20,891 nt of DNA, taken from the NCBI GenBank assembly GCA_040752415.1, contig JBFMGU010000188.1, positions 1-20,891 on the forward strand. The letters run 5' to 3'. This DNA comes from Myxococcota bacterium (lineage in GTDB: Bacteria > Myxococcota > JACRCW01). A program made the position numbers and the translations under genes. The notes under the pieces were generated by a model. The model saw only the letters and a program-made list of their open reading frames with translations. It was not told the DNA's origin and did no database searches. Below are positions 14,779 to 20,891 of the stretch, piece after piece; position 1 is the first letter of the stretch, and every line of letters starts with the position of its first letter.

Positions 14779-17700
14779 ATGACGGCCACCCGCCGGGTGC
14801 CGCTGCTGGGCTTTGGCGCGCTCATCGTGGTGACGGTGGCGGGCGTCTTGTGGACGCTGGTCAACGCGGACGCGCTGGCGCGCCAGGTGGCGCGGATGCT
14901 GGCGCAGCACCTGCTCGGGCCCACCGTGGAGCGCGTGCAGGTGCGACGCTGGTCCCTGCACACCGGAGACCCCTGGCGCGTGGTCCTCACCGACGTGCGC
15001 GTGCCCCCGGTGCCGCCCGCCACCGACCCGCCCGTGCACCTGCCGCGCGTGGAGATCCCCGTCGACCCCTGGCAGCTGTTGCCCTCCCGTGGCGACGAGC
15101 TCTCCCTGGGCGTGCTGCGCCTGGACCACCCCACCTGGCACCTCACCCGTCGGGACGACGGCACGCTGGGTGTTGCCGGGGACCCGCACGCGCTGCGCAC
15201 CCGCCTGGATGAGCTGCGCCGGGAATGGAGCCACGGGCGCGTGCAGCGCGTGGCGGGCGTGGAGGTCACCGGCGGGCGCGTGTTCCTGGATGACGTGGCC
15301 ACGGGGGAGACGCGTGTCGTCGAGGAGATTGCGCTCACCCTGGGGCCGCTGCAGGCCGGCCGCGAGGTCAACATCAAGGCCACCATGTCCGTGGAGCACG
15401 ACCGCCACCGCGCGCCGGTAACGTTGGAGGCCACCGTGGGCCCGCACTTCCAGGAGCCCAGCGTGTCGCGGGAGCTGCGCGCGCACCTGGTGGTGCAGGG
15501 CCTGGAGCTGAGCGCGTGGGGCTTCCTGGTCCCGCCCATGCTGGTCCGTCCGCACGCCGGCGCGCTCAGTACCGACGTCGTGGTGGAGCGGAAGGGCGAG
15601 GCGGACACCATCACCGTGCAGGGCCGGGTGCACGTTGCGAACCTGGTGCTGGCCCACCAGTCGGCGCGCGGGGAACCGGCCACGTTGTCCGGTGAGGTCG
15701 ACGTGGCGTGGGACGGAGCGTCCAAGCTGCTGGACGTCCGCAAGCTCGACGTCAGCGGCACCGCGCTGCGACTCAAGACGCGTCTCAAGGTCACCGGTCC
15801 GGCGCTGGAGGGCGTGCACCAGGCGCTGGTGGACCTGCACGTCGACGAGCTCAAGCAGCTGGTGGCGCTCCTCCCGCCCGCCGACGGCGCGGTGCCGGAA
15901 GGGCTCAAGCTGGAGGGCCCGGTGGACCTGCGGCTGGAGGGAGATGCGCGCCAGGGCGCGTTGCGCGTGGAGCTGGACCAGGCGCGGCTGGCGTGGGGGG
16001 AGTGGGTGGACAAGCCCGCCGGCGTGCCCATGCACCTGCGCCTGGACGCCAACCGCGAGGGCGACCGCATCCGCTTCTCCAACGTGAAGATGGTGCTGGA
16101 CGAGGCCACCGTGGTGGGGCGCGCGGAGCTGGCCGGGCCGGCGTGGCTCCTCGAGGGAGAAGCGGACTCCGACGCGGTCCCCATCACCCAGCTGCAACGT
16201 GTCTACCCCGCCATTGCGCAGGCGGTGCAACGCGGCGGGAAGGTGACCGGGCTGGCGCGCGTGCGGGGACGGGCACGCGCCGTGGCGGGGCAACAGGCGC
16301 TGGACGCGCAGGTCATGTTGAGCGGCGTGGACGTCTCCGGCCCGTGGCTGGTGGCGCGCGGCAACGGCGTGCTCAGCGCCGACGTCAATCCCGGACCCGC
16401 GCAGACCGTGGTGACGCTCGACGGGCGCCTGGATGACATGGCGGTGCGCGTGCTGGACAAGGAGCATCACCCGGTGGTGGACAAGCCGCGCGGCCATCCC
16501 GCCAACGTCACCGTGCGCATCCTCCACGACGGAAAACAGGCCTCGGTGGAGAACGCGGACCTGGTGGTGGGCAAGACGGTGATGCGGGTGCGTGGTCGCG
16601 CGGAGCGGCTGGACCAGCCGGGCTCCTACGTGGACCTGCGGGTGGAGCCGTTCCACGTGGCCTTTGATGACCTGCGCGTGGTCAGCGACGTCGCGGATGC
16701 GTTCCCGCCCGGCGGCCAGCTCGACGCACGGCTGCGCATCACCGGCAATCCCCGCGCGCCGCGCTCCATGCAGGTGGTGGCGGAGTCCCTGGAGGTGCGC
16801 ACCGCGCTGAGCCGGCTGCGGGGGCGCGCGCAGGTGAAGGACCTCCTCGATCCCCACGTCCATCTCGACCTGGCGGAAGTCGACATCGACGCGCGGGAGG
16901 TGCTGCAGCTCCACCGCGCCGGCGCCCTTCCCAGACAAGCTGACGACGTGGTGGCGCACCTGCCCACCGGCGCGCGCCTGTGGGGCAAGGCGGTGGTGAC
17001 CGGTCGCATGGCCGTGCCGGAGTCGGTGGCCATCAAGGCCAGCCCGGTGCGTCTCACCTCGGGACGCAGCGAGGTGAATGGCGAGGTGGCCCTGGTCAAC
17101 CTGGTTTCCCTCTCGAGCGAGGGACACCTCACCACCAGCGAGCTGCGCCTGATGGACGTGCGCACGCCCGCCTCGCCCGCGTGGCTTCCGCTCGACGGGA
17201 AGTTGGCGGGGCAGGTGCGTTGGCGTCGGGACGCGGGGCGCCCGGAGCACCAGGAGGTGGAGCTCACCGAGCTGCGCGTGCGCACGCAGGGCTCCGACTT
17301 CACCGTCTCCGGCGTGGCCTACAACGCGCTGACGCCGCAGCTGGATCTCGCCGTCACCGGCAGCACGTTGGACGCGGGCGCGCTGCAGGCGCTGTGGGAG
17401 AAGGCCCATCCCCCCGTGCCCAACGCCGACCCGCGCGCCGCGCTCCCCGAGGACACACGCACCCGCCTGCAGCGCACGCGTGCGGTGGTGAGCGTGGAGC
17501 TGGACCGCGTGTTCCATGACCGCACCGTGCTGGACGACGTGGTGGTGATGGCGCGCCTGGAGAAGGGGACGCTCACGCTGGACCGCCTCCTGTTCAACAC
17601 GCTGGGCGGGGAGGTCGACGCCAACGGCAGCCGCGTGGAGCTGGCGGCGACGCGGGTGCGCACGCGCCTGGACGTCACGGTGCGGGGCCTGGACCTCTCG

Positions 17701-18531
17701 GAGCTGGCGCGCGTCCACCTGCGTGACCCCGACGCCCTGGCCGGCCGCGTCGACGTCAGCGCCAACGTCACCACCGTGGGGCTGCGGCGCGAGGACCTGG
17801 TCTCGTCGCTGGATGGTACCTTCAGCGTGGAATCACCCGAGGTGCGCGCGCGCGACTTCGTGCTCCACTACCGCGTGCTGGCGCCCACCGAGACGCTGCG
17901 GCCCATCGAGACCGGCGGCCAGGAACAGGCGGCCCACGGCGACCCGCGTCCCTACTTCCGGGATCTCTCCGCCGCCGGCCGGGTCGAGGGCGAGACGCTG
18001 ACGTTCACCCAGCCGCTGCTCTGCCGCTCGTCGTTCGGCGACCTGAACCTCGGCGGCGCGGTGGATCTCCGTCGGGGCATCCAGCTCACCGGCACCACCG
18101 ACATGTCCCCCGAAGCGGTGGCGCGCATGAGCCAGGGCGCGGTGCGGCCGCGCGGTCGCGTGGTGGCGCCGCTCACGCTCGGCGGCGCGTACGACAAGCC
18201 GGTGCTGGAGCGCCTGGACCTCAGCAACCTGGCCGAGCGAACCGGCCCACCCGAGCTGCTGGGCGCGGCGCAGGCCCTGGCCAGACGCGGCGTGGCCCAG
18301 GCCCGTGACGACGTGGAGCGGCTGCGTCGCCAGGCGGAGGAGGGTGCGCGCGCCGAGGCCCGGCGGATGCAGGAGGAGATGCGTCGCGAGCGGGAGAGCG
18401 CGCTGCAGCAGCAGGTGGCGCAGGCGCGTCGCTACGGGGTCGGCGGGATCTGGAACGGCATGGCGCCCGAGGAGCCGGAGCGTTCCCCGGAATCTCCGTC
18501 CTCGTCGGTGGATGGTGGCTCCGCGCACTGA
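14779..18531 (+). CDS. AsmA-family (repeating beta-groove) envelope protein, 1250 aa
   Basis: Single N-terminal TM anchor, LRLDHPTWHLTRRDDG AsmA_N-like motif, long runs of amphipathic beta-strands, repeated DKPxGxP motifs, an AsmA-type C-terminal PLTLGGAYDKP and a terminal coiled coil. Confidence 0.8.
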   Translation: MTATRRVPLLGFGALIVVTVAGVLWTLVNADALARQVARMLAQHLLGPTVERVQVRRWSLHTGDPWRVVLTDVRVPPVPPATDPPVHLPRVEIPVDPWQLLPSRGDELSLGVLRLDHPTWHLTRRDDGTLGVAGDPHALRTRLDELRREWSHGRVQRVAGVEVTGGRVFLDDVATGETRVVEEIALTLGPLQAGREVNIKATMSVEHDRHRAPVTLEATVGPHFQEPSVSRELRAHLVVQGLELSAWGFLVPPMLVRPHAGALSTDVVVERKGEADTITVQGRVHVANLVLAHQSARGEPATLSGEVDVAWDGASKLLDVRKLDVSGTALRLKTRLKVTGPALEGVHQALVDLHVDELKQLVALLPPADGAVPEGLKLEGPVDLRLEGDARQGALRVELDQARLAWGEWVDKPAGVPMHLRLDANREGDRIRFSNVKMVLDEATVVGRAELAGPAWLLEGEADSDAVPITQLQRVYPAIAQAVQRGGKVTGLARVRGRARAVAGQQALDAQVMLSGVDVSGPWLVARGNGVLSADVNPGPAQTVVTLDGRLDDMAVRVLDKEHHPVVDKPRGHPANVTVRILHDGKQASVENADLVVGKTVMRVRGRAERLDQPGSYVDLRVEPFHVAFDDLRVVSDVADAFPPGGQLDARLRITGNPRAPRSMQVVAESLEVRTALSRLRGRAQVKDLLDPHVHLDLAEVDIDAREVLQLHRAGALPRQADDVVAHLPTGARLWGKAVVTGRMAVPESVAIKASPVRLTSGRSEVNGEVALVNLVSLSSEGHLTTSELRLMDVRTPASPAWLPLDGKLAGQVRWRRDAGRPEHQEVELTELRVRTQGSDFTVSGVAYNALTPQLDLAVTGSTLDAGALQALWEKAHPPVPNADPRAALPEDTRTRLQRTRAVVSVELDRVFHDRTVLDDVVVMARLEKGTLTLDRLLFNTLGGEVDANGSRVELAATRVRTRLDVTVRGLDLSELARVHLRDPDALAGRVDVSANVTTVGLRREDLVSSLDGTFSVESPEVRARDFVLHYRVLAPTETLRPIETGGQEQAAHGDPRPYFRDLSAAGRVEGETLTFTQPLLCRSSFGDLNLGGAVDLRRGIQLTGTTDMSPEAVARMSQGAVRPRGRVVAPLTLGGAYDKPVLERLDLSNLAERTGPPELLGAAQALARRGVAQARDDVERLRRQAEEGARAEARRMQEEMRRERESALQQQVAQARRYGVGGIWNGMAPEEPERSPESPSSSVDGGSAH

Positions 18532-18785
18532 CCTCGCCATGGCGTGAGCGCCATCACGCGTGGTGCGTCATGATCTGCGTGATGTGGGTGCGCGGAAATC
18601 ACGACGGGGAACGCGGAGTTGGCGCGGGGTGGGACGCGCGGGGGCGCGCGGGGCGGACAAACAGCGGTGGCCGGCTTTCATCCGTGGCGCGAGCGCATGG
18701 GATTTGCGGGCGCTATCATCCGGTGCATTCGCGCTGGTGATCCTTTGGGGTTGCGCGGCGCATCCAGCCCCGGGGACCGCGCGCA

Positions 18786-19235
18786 ATGCACAAGAGGCTC
18801 GTGGTGGCGTTGGTCGGACTGCTCGCCCTCTGGGTGTGGCGGCCCTTCCGCTCCGACGAGCAGCTGCAGATCCTCAACCGCGTCTGGATCAGCCACCTCC
18901 CCGGCGACGAGCACGACGCCATTGACGTGCTGGTGCTCTACGCCAACCAGGACGCCGGCATCTTCCAGACCGCCAGCGCCTACCGCGGGGAGTTCGACCG
19001 CTTCGCCTTCAGCCGTCAGCAGGACACGCTGGACGTTCGCCTGTTGCAGGATGGTCGTCGCAGCCGGGTGCGCTACCGCGTCACGCGCGAGTGTCGGCCC
19101 GGCTTTGACTGGTGCCTGACGCTGGAGGGCGCGCCGCGCGGACCACGAGATTACTTCTCCCGACACGAGTGGGAGACGGAACAACCAAACGAGAGCCAGG
19201 CCGTCGTGGTCGGGCTCTTCAAGCCGACGCGCTGA
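18786..19235 (+). CDS. Hypothetical membrane-anchored/exported protein
   Basis: Hydrophobic N-terminus, GC3-rich codon use, a Cys pair (ECRPGFDWC) and GGGGA upstream. Confidence 0.7.
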   Translation: MHKRLVVALVGLLALWVWRPFRSDEQLQILNRVWISHLPGDEHDAIDVLVLYANQDAGIFQTASAYRGEFDRFAFSRQQDTLDVRLLQDGRRSRVRYRVTRECRPGFDWCLTLEGAPRGPRDYFSRHEWETEQPNESQAVVVGLFKPTR

Positions 19236-19274
19236 GGACCACGTCCTCACCGCCTCTGACACGGAGGGCTCCGG

Positions 19275-20681
19275 ATGAAGAAGCTGTTGAAGGGCCTGAT
19301 GATGATCGGCCTGATGCATGGCACCGCGTTCGCGTCGGAGGGACCGGCGGTGCTCCTGGATGAATCCGACGAGACGCTGGAGCTGCGCGCGGTGCTGGGG
19401 GATGAGCACACCTTCCGTCGCAGCGTGCGGCTCAAGTTGGATCAGTCCTTTGGCGCGCGCTTCTCCTTCCTCCCCAGCGACCTGCGCCAGGTGGACGGTG
19501 ACGCCGTCATTGACCGCAGCAACATCACGCTGGTGGGTGAGCATGAGCTGCGCAGTGCCGCGCCGCAGGACTTCGAAGTCCGCATCAGCAACGTGACGGT
19601 GCCGGGCACCTACGAGGGCACACTGGATTTCATGCTGGAGGGCCAGGAGGTGCGGCAGCCGCCGCGCAGCTTCCGCCTGGTGGCGCAGGCGCGCCCGGAG
19701 CTCACGTTGGTGGACGCCACGCGGCTCTCCGCCCGACGGGTGCGCAGCGGTGGTTGCGTGCTGGGCGTCTGTCCCGGCGCGTGGCTGGCCGAGCACCTGC
19801 TCCCCGCCGAGCTGAGCCGTGACGAGATCATCTTCACGGTGCACAACCCCACCGCGGTGCCCGCCGTGCCCACCGGCGCGCAGGTGCAGCTCAAGGGGGA
19901 GGAGACCAGCTACACGCTGACCGACGCGGCCTTTGTCGACGTGGACGGGCTCAAGGCGGTGGGGCCGCATGAGTCGGCCACGTTTGCGGTGGGGCTGCGA
20001 CGCGGGGCCATTCCGCCGGAGCGCTACAGCGGGAAGGTGCTGCTGCAGCTGGCGGGGCAGGCGCAGGCGGCGGCGTTCCCCGTCGAGCTGGCGGTGCGCG
20101 AGGGGCCGGGCCTGGCGCTGTTCCTCATGCTGCTGGGCATCATCCTGGGCCGCATGGTGAAGCACATGCATGACCGCAGCCACGCCATGGCGTTCGCGCT
20201 CAGCGAGGTGCGCCGGGTGCAGCAGCGCATCGGGCGGGCCTCGCAGGGGGTGCAGGAGGCGCTCTTGCGTCGGCTGGACGCGGTGCGCGCGGAGGTGACG
20301 GCGCACCGGCTGGACGGCGTGCGGGCCGAGCTGGAGCGGATTGAGCAGGCGCTGGAGGACGCGGTGATGCCGGCCACCAGCGCGGCCATCCCGGTGCCGG
20401 TGTCGTCGGGGGCCACGCACCGCGTGGGGCAGCTGCTGGCGCGGCTCAGTGGCGTGATGCCGGAGCTGTCGCGTCACGACGCGGCGTATCACCTGGCGCG
20501 CCCCATGCTGTACCTGCTGCTGCTGATGGGGCTGGTGGCGGTGGGGATGCAGGCGTTCTACGTCGGTGCGGGGGTGACCTTCGGGGTGCAGCCGCTGGCG
20601 GACTACGTGGGCATCATGTTGTGGGGCCTGACGGCGGATGTGACCAGTCGCAGCGTCAGCAGCCTGCGTGTGAACAGCTGA
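19275..20681 (+). CDS. Hypothetical membrane protein (signal peptide, beta-rich exported region, about 3 C-terminal TM helices)
   Basis: GGAGG RBS, signal peptide ending AFA, PGTYEGTL and PERYSGKV Ig-like motifs, a TM helix, a helical soluble segment and two further hydrophobic segments. It starts 39 bp after the previous gene. Confidence 0.8.
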   Translation: MKKLLKGLMMIGLMHGTAFASEGPAVLLDESDETLELRAVLGDEHTFRRSVRLKLDQSFGARFSFLPSDLRQVDGDAVIDRSNITLVGEHELRSAAPQDFEVRISNVTVPGTYEGTLDFMLEGQEVRQPPRSFRLVAQARPELTLVDATRLSARRVRSGGCVLGVCPGAWLAEHLLPAELSRDEIIFTVHNPTAVPAVPTGAQVQLKGEETSYTLTDAAFVDVDGLKAVGPHESATFAVGLRRGAIPPERYSGKVLLQLAGQAQAAAFPVELAVREGPGLALFLMLLGIILGRMVKHMHDRSHAMAFALSEVRRVQQRIGRASQGVQEALLRRLDAVRAEVTAHRLDGVRAELERIEQALEDAVMPATSAAIPVPVSSGATHRVGQLLARLSGVMPELSRHDAAYHLARPMLYLLLLMGLVAVGMQAFYVGAGVTFGVQPLADYVGIMLWGLTADVTSRSVSSLRVNS

Positions 20682-20699
20682 GGAACGGTTGAACCACGT

Positions 20700-20754
20700 T
20701 GTGGGCGAGGCGCTCCGTCCGAAGGGGGACGGTGTGTCTCGCCCACACGCTTTT
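20700..20754 (+). terminator. 21-bp-stem hairpin followed by a short T run; terminator-like or compact REP doublet
   Basis: tgtgggcgaggcgctccgtcc (20700-20720) pairs with ggacggtgtgtctcgcccaca (20727-20747) with two G-U pairs and one mismatch, then cgctttt follows. It begins 19 bp after the stop codon. Confidence 0.6.
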
Positions 20755-20891
20755 GGGCGTTGGTGGCGAATGGGGTTGGTGGCGAGTTGGCCCCCCCACC
20801 CGGCCGCCTCGCGTGCACCGATTTCTCGTCGTGGCGGCCGACCTCCCCCACGGCGTGGGGAGGCGTAGATGTGCCGCGCCGGGGGTGTTCA

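Noticed and set aside
14566..17718. 1050-aa antisense ORF
   Set aside because: Antisense shadow of the AsmA-family gene, with His/Arg-rich composition typical of reverse-frame translation in high-GC DNA.
18678..20492. 604-aa antisense ORF
   Set aside because: It overlaps two better-supported plus-strand genes that have RBSs and signal or TM features.

Overview
GC-rich bacterial DNA; the gene content (Cys-rich lipoprotein, VWA lipoprotein, orphan histidine kinase, long AsmA-like protein) suggests a Myxococcota-like organism (inference). Genes in order: VWA lipoprotein, membrane sensor histidine kinase, secreted tandem AhpD/CMD protein, Cys-rich lipoprotein, a 5'(3')-deoxyribonucleotidase-like HAD protein with degenerate catalytic motifs, lipase maturation factor (LMF1), CYP152 fatty-acid peroxygenase, phospholipase C/phosphoesterase lipoprotein, a disrupted HigA-ImmA/IrrE pseudogene, phenylalanine 4-monooxygenase, an AsmA-family protein and two hypothetical membrane proteins. 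The most unusual signal is non-coding: a ~580-bp nested imperfect palindrome at 20-598 whose arms contain GTAG-tagged REP-like hairpins. A second ~170-bp REPIN-like inverted repeat sits exactly at the 5' truncation point of the HigA-like pseudogene, and a third GTGG...CCAC hairpin lies at 20700-20747. I found no transposase, rRNA, tRNA or CRISPR array. No clear multi-gene novel system is demonstrated by sequence alone.
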